54,704 nucleotides of DNA from a virus (taxonomy: Duplodnaviria; Caudoviricetes): positions 1 through 54,704 of the IMG/VR virus record IMGVR_UViG_3300047578_000001; one strand, 5' to 3'. Every line of letters starts with the position of its first letter. Positions within the stretch are counted from its first letter, which is position 1. The notes under the pieces were generated by a model, which worked only from the letters and a program-made list of their open reading frames with translations, was not told the origin of the DNA and made no database searches. A program made the position numbers and the translations under genes. This document shows, in pieces, positions 18,750 through 29,383 of this stretch.

Positions 18750-19342
18750 ACGACAGCCCGTGGAAGCACAACTGCGATGGATTCTGGAACTGCCGAGTCA
18801 AGTCACATCCCGCTAGTAATCACAGGATCTATCACTGTGGATTCCACGAGAAGTTGGAACCGAACGGGGCTAACCACATCTGGACCAACAGCCACAAGGG
18901 CTGTGTCACTCCACAGATCCCGTGCGAGGGCAAGACAGCATTCCACATCACGGTCTACGATTGTGGTGTGGTGTATAACGACAAGGAGGATGAAGTGAGC
19001 TATGTGAATTCGTCTCGGTACGAGACCGAGACTGCGGTAGAAGCAGCCGAGCGTCGGGTTCGCGAGGCGGAGAAGGCTTTGGCCGATGCCAAGGACAACG
19101 AGAAGCGGGCTAACCAGCTCATGCGGTTTGGCTTGGAGCCCCGAAATGGGTGTGTCATCAAGTTCCAGAAGGAGTACGATCGTGGTGGTGTGTTGTACGA
19201 CTTCGTTGCTCTCCGTACCAACGGGTTGTGGTACTTGACCCAGTCCAACGGGTTCACCAAGAGTCCGATGTCGTGGCAAGAACTCAAGGACTTCATCGGA
19301 GATGGTAACGCCTGGAACATGACGACGTACAAAGCGCTGTGA
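18737..19342 (+). CDS. Hypothetical protein (Cys/His N-terminus, coiled coil)
   Basis: GAGGAG RBS; possible second start near 18995. Confidence 0.6.
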   Translation: MGRVNDSPWKHNCDGFWNCRVKSHPASNHRIYHCGFHEKLEPNGANHIWTNSHKGCVTPQIPCEGKTAFHITVYDCGVVYNDKEDEVSYVNSSRYETETAVEAAERRVREAEKALADAKDNEKRANQLMRFGLEPRNGCVIKFQKEYDRGGVLYDFVALRTNGLWYLTQSNGFTKSPMSWQELKDFIGDGNAWNMTTYKAL

Positions 19343-19673
19343 TGCGCAAGGTTGGTGGGTATCTCATCCTGGCCGGTCTCTTCGGGGGCTGGTTCGGGGC
19401 AGCATCCTTCAGTCTGGGCATTGTTCAGACATCAATCATGACCGGAGTGGTGGTAACAGTCTTCGGGCTGTTGGCGCTTGCCGCTTACCTAATTCAGGAG
19501 TGACATGTTCGAGTTGAACGACCCAGTATGGGTCCTGGGTATCAGCCCAGGATTCTTCGAGAGCTACCTGGACGACAGGAATCCCCACACAGGGATTCGG
19601 GTTGGTGTTTCGGCCAACGGAGTTGGGTTCGGGGCGGTTGTCCCGACCCATTGGGTGACGGAAAGGGAAATCA

Positions 19674-19802
19674 ATGGCTGACCACCACCACGACGCGTGT
19701 GGTTATTGTGGTAAGGGTTTCAACCACACCGACTACGACACTCTTCGATCTATCGTTGCCACGCACGAGGCGTCATGTTCGGACAACCCAAACAAATCTT
19801 GA
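19674..19802 (+). CDS. C2HC zinc-finger microprotein
   Basis: MADHHHDACGYC...THEASCSDNP; RBS; 8-nt overlap with upstream ORF. Confidence 0.65.
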   Translation: MADHHHDACGYCGKGFNHTDYDTLRSIVATHEASCSDNPNKS

Positions 19803-19818
19803 ATAAACCCAGGAGGGG

Positions 19819-20019
19819 ATGACCGTGGCCAGACACTTTCACGACAACTGTGCGTATTGTGGCGCGCCATTCAGTGACAAGACCATCGCAGGTGTGCAGA
19901 ACATCACGGCAAACCACGAGATGTTCTGCCCAGACAATCCTGACAACACCATCGGTGACACAGGCCCTTCTGTGGAAGAGGCCTTGGAAGCTGCGAGGAA
20001 GGAACTGGGTGACTGGTAA
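19819..20019 (+). CDS. C2HC zinc-finger microprotein
   Basis: CAYC...NHEMFCPDNP; AGGAGG RBS. Confidence 0.7.
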   Translation: MTVARHFHDNCAYCGAPFSDKTIAGVQNITANHEMFCPDNPDNTIGDTGPSVEEALEAARKELGDW

Positions 20020-20651
20020 TCAAAACCAAGGACAAGCTGTGTACTAGATGCGCTCGACCAAACAAACGAGGCGGACAAACCAGGATTTGCGCGGCGTGTT
20101 TCGCCGAAGCCCCACAGAAGTCAAAAAGGCTTCCTGCTGCCCCAGAGGAGAAGCGGTGTTCACACTGTAGGGAGATAAAACCGAAGGAGCAGTTTTTCAA
20201 GAATGCAGCGAGAGCCGACTGGCTTAGTGTGTACTGTCAAGACTGCCACAAAAAGAGCGAACGCAATCGGTACACCGAAGACGCAGATCGCGGCAAGGAT
20301 TACAGATTGTGGACCAGGTACAACATCTCCTTGGAAGAATACAATCAGATGTTGTTAGCACAGAACAACACCTGTGCATTGTGCCCAAAAAAGCACAGCA
20401 TCAAGAAACCACTTCATGTTGACCATTCGCACGAAGATCCTTGTGTGGTTAGGGGCCTTTTGTGTTATGTTTGCAATGCAAACAAGCTCGGGGGGCTAAC
20501 ACTTAAGGAAGTAGAAGGGATACATGAGTACCTTCTGACCCCGCCTGCCGCTTTGGTGGTGGGGCACAGGTTGGTTCCTATAGGAAAAGAAAAAGGCGTT
20601 AAGTCCAAGCGCAAAAGAACTTACAAGCATTACAAGAAGGAGAGAGCATGA
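20019..20651 (+). CDS. Endonuclease VII with N-terminal zinc fingers (non-canonical start)
   Basis: CALC...HVDHSH...VRGLLC..CN; frame open from 20013 with CTRC/CAAC/CSHC motifs but no ATG/GTG/TTG before 20229. Confidence 0.85.
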   Translation: MKTKDKLCTRCARPNKRGGQTRICAACFAEAPQKSKRLPAAPEEKRCSHCREIKPKEQFFKNAARADWLSVYCQDCHKKSERNRYTEDADRGKDYRLWTRYNISLEEYNQMLLAQNNTCALCPKKHSIKKPLHVDHSHEDPCVVRGLLCYVCNANKLGGLTLKEVEGIHEYLLTPPAALVVGHRLVPIGKEKGVKSKRKRTYKHYKKERA

Positions 20652-21151
20652 CCAATCAGTACAAGCCGACCCAGTTGATGATTGACTGGGTTGCCAAGCT
20701 GCGTGAACCCGACCTTGAGCAGACGGACGGCGCACTGTGCAAGACAGATGCCGATGGCAACAAGTCCTACTGTTGCCTGGGTGTCCTCGAAGAGGTCGCA
20801 GGGAATGAGACTCGTCCTCAGGCTGTTGTGATGAGGGCGGGAGACGGTGTGCAGTTCGAGAACCTCGCATTCTACGGGCTTACTGCCCAGGGTGAGACCG
20901 GATTGCCGAATCCGGCACTCATCGCACAGGTTCTGGGTCATGACCCGGTTGGGTTCATGGGAGACAATATTGCTCTGGGTGTGGACGAGGATGCTGGTTT
21001 GTTCCACGCATCCGAAGCCAACGACGACTACCACTGGACCTTCGATCAGATCGCATACCAGTTGGAAAAGGTCTACATCAACGGCACCGGGGACCCCAGT
21101 GACTATACGATCGAGGACGCAAGGTTGGCAGACACGACGACCGATTACTAA
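20648..21151 (+). CDS. Hypothetical protein (paralog of 5197)
   Basis: WVAKLR..YCCLGV..ND..TFDQIA. Confidence 0.75.
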   Translation: MTNQYKPTQLMIDWVAKLREPDLEQTDGALCKTDADGNKSYCCLGVLEEVAGNETRPQAVVMRAGDGVQFENLAFYGLTAQGETGLPNPALIAQVLGHDPVGFMGDNIALGVDEDAGLFHASEANDDYHWTFDQIAYQLEKVYINGTGDPSDYTIEDARLADTTTDY

Positions 21152-21360
21152 GGAGGTGTTGTAATGGAGTGTGTTCTTGGCGGTGAGTGCCAGTTCCCGG
21201 ATGAGTGTTTCGGGACTGACCTGGAGCCGGATGACGATGACGACGAGTGACCCACGGTCACAATGCGATGACTGCCCGGACCCTGAAGCTTGTAGTCAGG
21301 GTGCACCATGCGAAGTAGTCAAGTACTGGACTGATGTCATGAACGAGAGGAAGAAGTCTG

Positions 21361-21567
21361 ATGACTGACTCTACCGAAGCTCTGAACGTTCTTGCAGATT
21401 GGTTCGCAGAGGATCACCCTTCTGGGTACTACACCCGTGGTGATGGGTACGACCACACCTGGACCTTCACAGTGTCCAAGGGTGTGGGAATTCTTCGAGT
21501 CACGATGGAAGACGTGAACTCGCTCATCACGGAGGACTTCGAGTGGGTACTGAACCTCCGATCGTAG
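21361..21567 (+). CDS. Hypothetical protein
   Basis: GAGG RBS; overlap coupling. Confidence 0.55.
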   Translation: MTDSTEALNVLADWFAEDHPSGYYTRGDGYDHTWTFTVSKGVGILRVTMEDVNSLITEDFEWVLNLRS

Positions 21568-21914
21568 TCCTGCTGAAGAGGTGGTTCCCCGAGTGGGAAC
21601 CACCTCGGGGCAGGCGAACCTGGCTCCCATGTTTGTGCCCGTTTCATGCTGAGACACGTGCCTCAGCGTCTGTGTCACTAGAACTCAACGCGTTTACCTG
21701 TCATGGGTGTGCGATGAAGGGTGGTGTCATCAGCCTGATCATGAGAAAGGAGGGGCTGAATTTTGCAGAAGCCGAGCGTTACGCAGAAGAACTTCTTGAT
21801 GGAAGCTACGTCCCTGTACCACGCAAGCCTGCCAGGAAGCAGGGCCGAAGAGTATTTGGCCAGTCGGGGACTGGAAGGACCGGAACTAAAAAAGTTCCGG
21901 CTTGGCGTGGTTGA
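21543..21914 (+). CDS. DNA primase, CHC2 zinc-finger part (split primase)
   Basis: CPFHAE..AS...FTCHGC. Confidence 0.88.
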   Translation: MGTEPPIVVLLKRWFPEWEPPRGRRTWLPCLCPFHAETRASASVSLELNAFTCHGCAMKGGVISLIMRKEGLNFAEAERYAEELLDGSYVPVPRKPARKQGRRVFGQSGTGRTGTKKVPAWRG

Positions 21915-22422
21915 TGACCCATTGCCTGGGCACGACATGTATCGGGGATGGCTTGCTATTCCCTACCTCAGGTGGAGTCCTGGTCAGGGCTGGTGTGTTA
22001 TCACCATGCGATTTAGGTGCTTGGAAGACCACGACCATGCCAAACATGGTAAGTACATGGCGCACCCCGGAAGCCAAGTCCATATCTACAACACACTGTC
22101 GGTGTTGCGGAGCAACGATGAGATATGCATTTGCGAAGGCGAGCTTGATGCTGTTTCGGCTGAGCTGATGGGTTTGCCGTCCGTGGGTATTCCAGGTCGG
22201 GAGAACTGGAAGTCACACTTCCACAGGATGTTCAAGGGATACGAAAGGGTTTACATCCTGGCAGACGGAGACGAAGCAGGTCGGGATTTCGCTTTCGATG
22301 TAATGAAGACCCTTCCCAAGGGTCGTATCATCAACATGTCGGAAGGCCATGACGTGAACTCCACAATCCAGACGTTCGGTGTCAATTCGGTGCTCAAGAA
22401 GATGGGGAAGTCAATTGCCTGA
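21763..22422 (+). CDS. DNA primase, TOPRIM part (split primase)
   Basis: ICEGELDA; DGDEAG; overlaps the zinc-finger ORF as in cluster A phages. Confidence 0.9.
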   Translation: MQKPSVTQKNFLMEATSLYHASLPGSRAEEYLASRGLEGPELKKFRLGVVDDPLPGHDMYRGWLAIPYLRWSPGQGWCVITMRFRCLEDHDHAKHGKYMAHPGSQVHIYNTLSVLRSNDEICICEGELDAVSAELMGLPSVGIPGRENWKSHFHRMFKGYERVYILADGDEAGRDFAFDVMKTLPKGRIINMSEGHDVNSTIQTFGVNSVLKKMGKSIA

Positions 22423-22732
22423 GGTAGTAATGGAATCCCGGATGCTGGTCACCTTCGATTGGGGCAATGTCTACCTCTCGGTAGACCAGGCAGAAGAACT
22501 CCTGGAACAATTGCAGGACGCCCTGCCAGGAGGTCAGCTCATGAAGCATGTGGGTGGTTCGTTTGGTTTTGGCGCGCACAACGAAGAGGAGAACGACAAT
22601 GAGTGACTACAGCATTGAAGTAACCAGGACTATCGCGGTCAGCATTGACTATGAAGAGTACACCCTGGATCAGGACCAGGCTGAGGCGCTGCTGGATCTA
22701 CTGGCAGATGCCCTTGGCAAGAAGGTCAGTAC

Positions 22733-23470
22733 GTGAGGATTCTGGTCCTGGACATCGAGACCAGTTACAACGTGGCCAATGTGTGGGGACTTTTCAAGCA
22801 GAATGTCTCCCTCAGTCAGTTGCAGGAAGTAAGCAGGGTTATCTGTTTTGGTGCCAAGTGGCACGGGGAGAAGAGGACCATGTTCTTCTCTGACTTCCAT
22901 GACGGCCATGCTGAGATGATCCAGAAGGCCCACGATCTGCTAGATCAAGCAGACGTGGTGGTTCACTACAACGGGACGTCGTTCGACATCCCGCACTTGC
23001 AGCGTGAGTTCTTGTTGGCAGGTCTGGGTCCGACCTCGTCCTTCCAGCAGATTGACCTGCTTCGGGTTGTGCGGAACAAGTTCAAGTTTGTTTCCAACAA
23101 GCTGGACCATGTATCACAACAGCTCGGGTTGTCGGGTAAGGCATCCCATGCTGGTTTCCAGTTGTGGGTCGACTGCTTGGCAGGTGATCCGAAGGCCTGG
23201 AAGTCCATGAAGAAGTACAACGTTCAAGACGTCGTGCTGACAGACGACCTGTATCTGCTTGTCAGGCCTTGGATCACGAACCATCCTAGTCATGCGTTGT
23301 ATGACGGGACTGCTGACGTGTGCCCGAACTGTGCAAGTACCGAACTCGTGCGTCGTGGGTTCAAGTACACCAACCTCGGGAAGTACCAGCAGTACAGGTG
23401 CTCTGGGTGTGGTGCTTGGAGTCGCAGTGGAAGGTCAGAACAACTAACCGACCTTCGGGGTTCGGCATAA
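22733..23470 (+). CDS. DnaQ/RNase H-like 3'-5' exonuclease with C-terminal zinc ribbon
   Basis: LDIETS; YNG.SFD; YNVQDV; CPNC...YRCSGCG. Confidence 0.85.
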   Translation: MRILVLDIETSYNVANVWGLFKQNVSLSQLQEVSRVICFGAKWHGEKRTMFFSDFHDGHAEMIQKAHDLLDQADVVVHYNGTSFDIPHLQREFLLAGLGPTSSFQQIDLLRVVRNKFKFVSNKLDHVSQQLGLSGKASHAGFQLWVDCLAGDPKAWKSMKKYNVQDVVLTDDLYLLVRPWITNHPSHALYDGTADVCPNCASTELVRRGFKYTNLGKYQQYRCSGCGAWSRSGRSEQLTDLRGSA

Positions 23471-23482
23471 GCAAGGAGCACA

Positions 23483-24091
23483 ATGAACAACGACGACATT
23501 CCGGAGGATTTCTACAGGGCCGTGGAACGAGCGGCTCGCAACACGGCGGAAAAGTGGCCGTTGGAAGAGTGGGAAGACCTGAGTCAAGACATTTGGGTAA
23601 GGATGCTGGAAACTCCTAGCACACTAGAAAAGTGCTTGACCTCGGATAATCCAGCACCCATGCTGTCTAAGATGTCAGGCCAGATCGCCACCGAGAATCA
23701 GTTGAAGAGGAACCTCTTTCAAGGAAAGAATCCATACAGTCCAATTCAGGTCAGGTCCATGCTGGATGCGGGGATCTTGAAGGACTACAACGTGGCCACC
23801 GTAAGCGAGTCTCACGACATCTCTTACGGTATGTTGGATCTGAAGAAGGTAAACGACGATTATTTTCAGATCGTTGTGCGTAAGTACAGGGATGATCTTC
23901 AAGTAACAGACACGAAGAAGGTAACACGCAGCATCGACAAACTGACGGACCTGATGAACATCACAGTCCTGAAGGCACCAAAGTATTACGACGGTCATGG
24001 CGGTAGAAAAGCAATGTCCAATAGCGCAGCACAGAGTGCGAAGTCGTTTGACTGGCAAGGCGACGTGTCAGACGGCTACGGGAGGCGGTAG
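23483..24091 (+). CDS. Sigma-factor-like/HTH DNA-binding protein
   Basis: EDLSQDIWV region-2-like helix; position matches cluster A-like phages. Confidence 0.55.
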   Translation: MNNDDIPEDFYRAVERAARNTAEKWPLEEWEDLSQDIWVRMLETPSTLEKCLTSDNPAPMLSKMSGQIATENQLKRNLFQGKNPYSPIQVRSMLDAGILKDYNVATVSESHDISYGMLDLKKVNDDYFQIVVRKYRDDLQVTDTKKVTRSIDKLTDLMNITVLKAPKYYDGHGGRKAMSNSAAQSAKSFDWQGDVSDGYGRR

Positions 24092-24178
24092 TGGCAGATC
24101 CCGTAGTACAGACCGAAGAAGAGTTCCACAAGAAGCATGTACATGTAGAACCCACCAAGAAGTAAGGAAGTTAAAACA

Positions 24179-24727
24179 ATGGCAGTCGCAAAGAAGACGA
24201 AGACCGACCCGTTCGAGACCGACCCTTTTGAGACCGCGCCTGAGGGGAACGACACCCCTGGGGATGAGGCGCAGGCTGATATCGATTCTCAGGGCGTGAT
24301 CCGCCCGAAGGAGAAGTCGGTTGTTGTGGTGCCCTCTCCAGAGGGCCATGTGACGGTAACCCTCAAGGGTGGTGTTGGGTTCAACGCTCCGTGGGTTGTG
24401 ATCCACGGTAAGGATGTGGGTGATGCTCTGGATCAGATCAACGACCCCCAGATCACGGACCTCCTTGAGAGGGCTCAGAAGGCCTCTGCGTACTTCGCAG
24501 ACAAGGCCCCTGTCGTGACCCCTACCCAGCCGCAGGGAGGCTCTCAGATCCAGTCTGGGCAGCCCGCTGCGTCGGCTGCTGGACAGGGTGGTGTGGTAAA
24601 GACGTGCCCTCACGGTCAGATGGTGGCTAAGTCGGGTGTGAGTGCGTCTGGTAAGGCCTGGAGCGGGTTCTTCTGCCCGACTCCTCGGGACACTCCCGGA
24701 CAGTGCAAGCCACAATTCGACAGGTAA
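24179..24727 (+). CDS. Conserved actinophage protein with C-terminal C2HC-like zinc site
   Basis: VTVTLKGG.GF.APWVV; CPHG...W.GFFCP. Confidence 0.75.
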   Translation: MAVAKKTKTDPFETDPFETAPEGNDTPGDEAQADIDSQGVIRPKEKSVVVVPSPEGHVTVTLKGGVGFNAPWVVIHGKDVGDALDQINDPQITDLLERAQKASAYFADKAPVVTPTQPQGGSQIQSGQPAASAAGQGGVVKTCPHGQMVAKSGVSASGKAWSGFFCPTPRDTPGQCKPQFDR

Positions 24728-24733
24728 TTCGTT

Positions 24734-24757
24734 GAGGGGGTCCTTCGGGACCCCCTC
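24734..24757 (+). terminator. GC hairpin with UUCG loop
   Basis: GAGGGGGTCC-TTCG-GGACCCCCTC; no long U tract. Confidence 0.5.
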
Positions 24758-24771
24758 CTCTTAGGAGAAAC

Positions 24772-25446
24772 ATGAGAGAAAACATCAGTGTTCTGATTCC
24801 GTGGCGGGGAGGTGATCCCCAAAGAGAAAGAGTGTGGAACTTCGTCAAATCCGAGTGGGAAAAGACCGGAGTTGAGTTGTGTGTGGGTGTTGACGATCCG
24901 GGAGGTCCGTTCAACTGTTCTCGTGCGCTGAACCGCGCGTTCAGGATGTCCACCAAACCGATCATCATGCAGTTTGGTGCTGATTGCCTGCCCAGCACTG
25001 CGGCGATCGACCTGGCTTACACCATGCTTGTCCACGACTTGGAGTTGAACTGGATTCCGTTGTTCGACAGGACGGACTACTACAACGAGTTTGCCACAAA
25101 CGAAATCCTTCGTGGTATTCCCCGGATTATTTGCACAACAGATCCTAATCTGGCAGTGCCATTCCAGACTGGTGTATTGGCCATGACTCGTGAGGCCTTC
25201 CTGGAAACCGGCGGGTCCGACGAACGCTTCGAGGGGTGGGGCGCGGAGGATTCCGCATTCAGGATGTGCTTGTGGCGGTTGAATGGCGGTGGAACACCAC
25301 TGCCCTTCACCCTCCGGTGCCTGTGGCACAACAACGAACACCGTGTGTTGGGAGAAGAAAACCTGACGTTGTGCCAGGAGTATGAGCGAATCGAAACCCG
25401 AGAAGACATGCTCCTGTACATCGATCAGAGAGGCCACTACGTATAG
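24772..25446 (+). CDS. Glycosyltransferase (GT-A fold, GT2/GT7-like)
   Basis: ISVLIPWR; FN.SRALN; GGSDERFEGWGAED. Confidence 0.88.
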   Translation: MRENISVLIPWRGGDPQRERVWNFVKSEWEKTGVELCVGVDDPGGPFNCSRALNRAFRMSTKPIIMQFGADCLPSTAAIDLAYTMLVHDLELNWIPLFDRTDYYNEFATNEILRGIPRIICTTDPNLAVPFQTGVLAMTREAFLETGGSDERFEGWGAEDSAFRMCLWRLNGGGTPLPFTLRCLWHNNEHRVLGEENLTLCQEYERIETREDMLLYIDQRGHYV

Positions 25447-25461
25447 GAAAGACGGGATGGA

Positions 25462-27270
25462 ATGCAGACATGGACACTTCATGTTCAAGGTGATCCGGTT
25501 CGGGTTCACCGAGTCGAGTCGTACGAAGACCTGGAACTGTTTAAGGAATTTGTTCGGAAGAACCTCCGTGTCTTGGCGTTTGATACGGAGACCACAGGGC
25601 TCGATATTTACTCCCGAGGATACCGCCTTCGCCTAGTCCAGTTCGGTAACCAACACGAAGCGTGGGTGTTGCCGGTTGAGCTAGGCGGTGACTACATCAC
25701 CGTAACGATCCAAACCCTGATGGCTGTGGACAAGATCGTGGGTAAGAACCTTGCGTTCGACTTCAAGGTTGTCGATAGGTGTTTGGGTATTCCGATGGAG
25801 AAGCTCTGGCCCAAGGCGGTAGACACCGAGATCCAGGCCAAGCTGATCGACCCTCGGGACAAGCTCAAGGGTGGTATTGGTGTCTCGTTGGAAGACCTGG
25901 TACGCCATTACCTAGACGAGGACTTGGCAGACAATGTCAAGGGTTTGATGACCACCCTTGCCAAGGAGTACAAGACCACCAAGGCCAAGATATTCGAGAA
26001 GATCGACCTGGATCATCCTCTGTACAACATCTATGCGGGGATGGACACCATCTTCCCGGCTAGGTTGGTAGGTATTCAGAGGAAGTTGATTCCGGCTTCT
26101 GCCGTGCAACTCGTGCACTTCGAGCACGAAATTGCAGAGGTGTGTACCTACATGGACCGAGAAGGATTCCTTCTTGATGTGGAGTACACACAGAATCTGT
26201 CGATGGAACTTCACGAAGACGAGGAGAAGTACTCGGATATCGCAGCTCGGTTCGGCTGCGAGAATGTCAACTCTACCGATCAGGTAGCCGAGGTTCTCCT
26301 GAGTCGTGGGGTTGTCCTCAAGGACAGGACTCCTACAGGTAAGCTCCAGGTGTCCAAGACAATTCTGGATAAGCTCGTGAAGGAAAACGACGAGTTTGCC
26401 ATTGCTGTCCAGAAGGCTAAGAAGGCGAGGAAGTGGCGTACCACATGGGTTGATGGATTCCTGAACAACATGGACTCCAACGGTAGGTGTCACGCATCGA
26501 TCAACACACTCCAGGCTCGGACTGGACGTATGTCGATCACGGGTATCCCGGCTCAGACGCTCCCTGCGTCTGACTACACCATCCGTAAGTGCTTTGTTGC
26601 GGAACCCGGACACCGCATCGTGAGTGTCGACTACAAGGGTCAGGAACTTCGTGTTCTGGCAGCCCTGAGTGGTGACAAGACCATGATTGATGCGTTCAAG
26701 CACGACCTGAACCTTCACCTCCTGACTGCACAGGCAGCATTCGGGGATCATGTCTTGAAAGACACCAAGGAGTACAAGGCGGGCAAGATCACCAACTTTG
26801 CCCGCGTCTTTGGTGGTGGTGCCAAGGTTGTTGCAGAACAAACCGGGCTCACCTTCATGCAGGCCAAGAAGGTGGTCGAGGCATTCGACAAGAGGTACCC
26901 TGGTGTAACCAGGTATGCCGACGAGTTGTCTGTATTGTCCCAACGAGATGGATACATCACAACCCACTTCGGGCGACGCCTTCCTGTGGACCACCACAGG
27001 GCCTACAGCGCTCTCAACTACATGGTGCAGAGTTCGAGTAGGGACATCACGTGTCGTGGCATCCTGAGGGCATACAGGGCTGGTTTTGGGCCGTATATGC
27101 GCCTACCTGTCCACGACGAGATCCTGATGTCCATGCCCGAAGCACGGGCAGAGTGGGGAGCACAAGAAGTAGCACGACACATGAGTGAAACCCTGGGTCC
27201 GGTCTTCATCGACACGGATGCCGAGGTTGGTCGTCGCTCGTGGGGCAGTTTGTACGCGGACGTTAACTAG
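25462..27270 (+). CDS. Family A DNA polymerase with 3'-5' exonuclease
   Basis: FDTETTGLD; RTGRMS; DYKGQELRVLA; NFARVFGGG; PVHDE. Confidence 0.95.
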   Translation: MQTWTLHVQGDPVRVHRVESYEDLELFKEFVRKNLRVLAFDTETTGLDIYSRGYRLRLVQFGNQHEAWVLPVELGGDYITVTIQTLMAVDKIVGKNLAFDFKVVDRCLGIPMEKLWPKAVDTEIQAKLIDPRDKLKGGIGVSLEDLVRHYLDEDLADNVKGLMTTLAKEYKTTKAKIFEKIDLDHPLYNIYAGMDTIFPARLVGIQRKLIPASAVQLVHFEHEIAEVCTYMDREGFLLDVEYTQNLSMELHEDEEKYSDIAARFGCENVNSTDQVAEVLLSRGVVLKDRTPTGKLQVSKTILDKLVKENDEFAIAVQKAKKARKWRTTWVDGFLNNMDSNGRCHASINTLQARTGRMSITGIPAQTLPASDYTIRKCFVAEPGHRIVSVDYKGQELRVLAALSGDKTMIDAFKHDLNLHLLTAQAAFGDHVLKDTKEYKAGKITNFARVFGGGAKVVAEQTGLTFMQAKKVVEAFDKRYPGVTRYADELSVLSQRDGYITTHFGRRLPVDHHRAYSALNYMVQSSSRDITCRGILRAYRAGFGPYMRLPVHDEILMSMPEARAEWGAQEVARHMSETLGPVFIDTDAEVGRRSWGSLYADVN

Positions 27271-27473
27271 ACGGGATGGCCCCGCAAGGGGCCTCCCCTG
27301 AAGGGGAGAATAATGCCGTACCCAAGCCTATACGAATTTCATATTGCTATCAGTGAGGCGGACAGAAACCACACTGCATGGAAGTCAGCAGGAAACGAGG
27401 AGGACTTCAAGGAAGCCCTTCTTCAATATCTTCGGGCACTCGCCCTCAAGCCCAACCGATAAAGGAGAACACA

Positions 27474-27692
27474 ATGAGTGACGTCAAGACCCTGAACGAG
27501 TACATCAACAGCTTCCCGATCATCGGGGCCAACATCGCAGACGGTTTGGAAGAATTGCTGGACGAGTTGGAAACCCACAATCCCCACCAGAAGAACACCT
27601 TGGCTACCAACATCATCATCCAAGCAGCACAGCTCCAGGCTTTGCAGGCTATTGCGATTGGTATTGCCAACCTCGCACAGAAGGAGAGCTGA
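27474..27692 (+). CDS. Hypothetical protein
   Basis: AAAGGAG RBS before MSDVKTL. Confidence 0.65.
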   Translation: MSDVKTLNEYINSFPIIGANIADGLEELLDELETHNPHQKNTLATNIIIQAAQLQALQAIAIGIANLAQKES

Positions 27693-27693
27693 C

Positions 27694-28053
27694 ATGGGAT
27701 ACGACAACCCGGATCTGTACTACCAGCCCGAAGCTTTTGGTATCACGACCATCGGTGAAGTGTCTTGGCATGAAGAGTCTTACGAGTTCGACTTCACCGT
27801 TGTGTGGCAGTCCAAGGAAGACCCTAAGTTGTTCTACTGGGCACGTGATTCTGGTTGTTCTTGCCCTTCGCCCTTCGAGGATTACACGTCCTTGGATCAT
27901 GATGGCGTGGAGAAGGGAACCAGGCAGGAAGTGTGCAAGGCGCTGTTTGAGGAGCTGGACCACGTCAAGAAGGTAAACGAAAGCTACTCGTGGCGTACGT
28001 ATGACCCCTCAGATTCCGTGCTTGAACTAGTAGGAAAGCTGGTGCGACTGTGA
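27694..28053 (+). CDS. Conserved phage hypothetical protein (DSGCSCPSPF motif)
   Basis: AAGGAG RBS; motif. Confidence 0.75.
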   Translation: MGYDNPDLYYQPEAFGITTIGEVSWHEESYEFDFTVVWQSKEDPKLFYWARDSGCSCPSPFEDYTSLDHDGVEKGTRQEVCKALFEELDHVKKVNESYSWRTYDPSDSVLELVGKLVRL

Positions 28054-28370
28054 GCTACATCGAATACAGTTCCAACAACTCTGGTGGGGGATGGTGGTTG
28101 TCCGACCAGAACTGGAAGGACCTGGAGACCGCAGGCTGGAAGGTTCAGTGGGCAAAGGACATGGAAGACGGTATCTTCCACACCAAGGGTGAAGACAGGT
28201 GGCTTGGCGCACTGGCATACAAAGCAACCCGCGAGGGTTTGTCTTACCGCATGGCCGTAGCCGAGTGGGAAGACGTCACGGGCATGTCGGCATATGATGA
28301 AGGTTGTGGCTGTTGTGGACAGCCTCACAGTTTCTCCGAATACGATGACGAAGGGGAGTGGATCGGTTGA
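28050..28370 (+). CDS. Conserved phage hypothetical protein (GCxCCG.PH)
   Basis: YSSNNSGG.WWL; GCGCCGQPH. Confidence 0.7.
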   Translation: MSYIEYSSNNSGGGWWLSDQNWKDLETAGWKVQWAKDMEDGIFHTKGEDRWLGALAYKATREGLSYRMAVAEWEDVTGMSAYDEGCGCCGQPHSFSEYDDEGEWIG

Positions 28371-28927
28371 GCATCGACTTCATCAAATGGGATTCAACTC
28401 CCAGGTTCCACAAGTACCTGACCATCACCGAGAAGATTGATGGTACCAACGCGTGTATCCGTATCCTGGATGGGGAACTCACGACCCAGTCACGTAAGCG
28501 ACTGATCACCCCAGACGACGACAACTTCGGGTTTGCCAGGTGGGCCTACGAGAACGCGGGGGCTCTGACGGATGTGTTGGGCTACGGAGTTCACTTCGGT
28601 GAGTGGTTCGGCGAAGGTATCCAGAAGAACCCCCTCGGCATTGAGGGCAAGAGGTTCGCCCACTTCTCTCCGTGGAAGTTCAACGACGTAGAGAAGGAGC
28701 GTATCGAGAACTCGGGGCTGGTCGAGTTCGTTCCGGTCCTCTTCGAGGGTCAGGCGGATTACAACACCATTCCTACGGTTATCAACAACCTGATGGCTTT
28801 CCACTCCTATGTTCCCGGAGCCAAGTGGGATGCCAAGGCTGAGGGGATCATCGTCTGGCACCGCGAGACCCAGCAGAAGTATAAGATTCTTCTGGAGAAC
28901 GATTCGGTTCATAAGGGGGAGCAGTGA
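28367..28927 (+). CDS. Second, minimal RNA-ligase-like nucleotidyltransferase
   Basis: ITEKIDGTN motif I; GEWFG; EGIIV; TTGA-coupled start. Confidence 0.8.
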   Translation: MSIDFIKWDSTPRFHKYLTITEKIDGTNACIRILDGELTTQSRKRLITPDDDNFGFARWAYENAGALTDVLGYGVHFGEWFGEGIQKNPLGIEGKRFAHFSPWKFNDVEKERIENSGLVEFVPVLFEGQADYNTIPTVINNLMAFHSYVPGAKWDAKAEGIIVWHRETQQKYKILLENDSVHKGEQ

Positions 28928-29383
28928 ACATCAACGTAACCACTAGTGGTGGTTCTTCACAGGTTGCTGTCGGTTCCAGTAACGTGACTCAGGTCCAGAC
29001 AACCAACCCCTTCGACGAGGATCTGAAGAGGTACGTCGAGTTTCTTTGTGATAATGCTGTAGAAGACATCGAGAATTCTACGGTGTGGGAGATGGCCGAA
29101 CAGTTCTTCGGCCATGACCTGGAAGACACGGAACTTGAGCACGTATTCAAGCTCCTACGAGCAGCCAAGGTTGAGGTGACCGTGACGTGGTGAAGGTAGA
29201 TCGAGAAAAGCTGGTCATCTACTTCGACAAACCGGAGTCCTGGCGGGGAGTTGTCGACCTCCCCGCCGGGTTCGACCAGATGGAATACGATGAGCAGAAC
29301 GACATCGTCCAGGCTTTCGTAGAAGAGTTCGAACTGCGAAGGCCTACCGTGGATTACTGGGATTACATCGATTAGGGAGTGTC

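Noticed and set aside
21543-22422. Split overlapping primase as a pseudogene or sequencing error
   Set aside because: Known normal arrangement in L5/cluster A-like phages; both ORFs have an RBS
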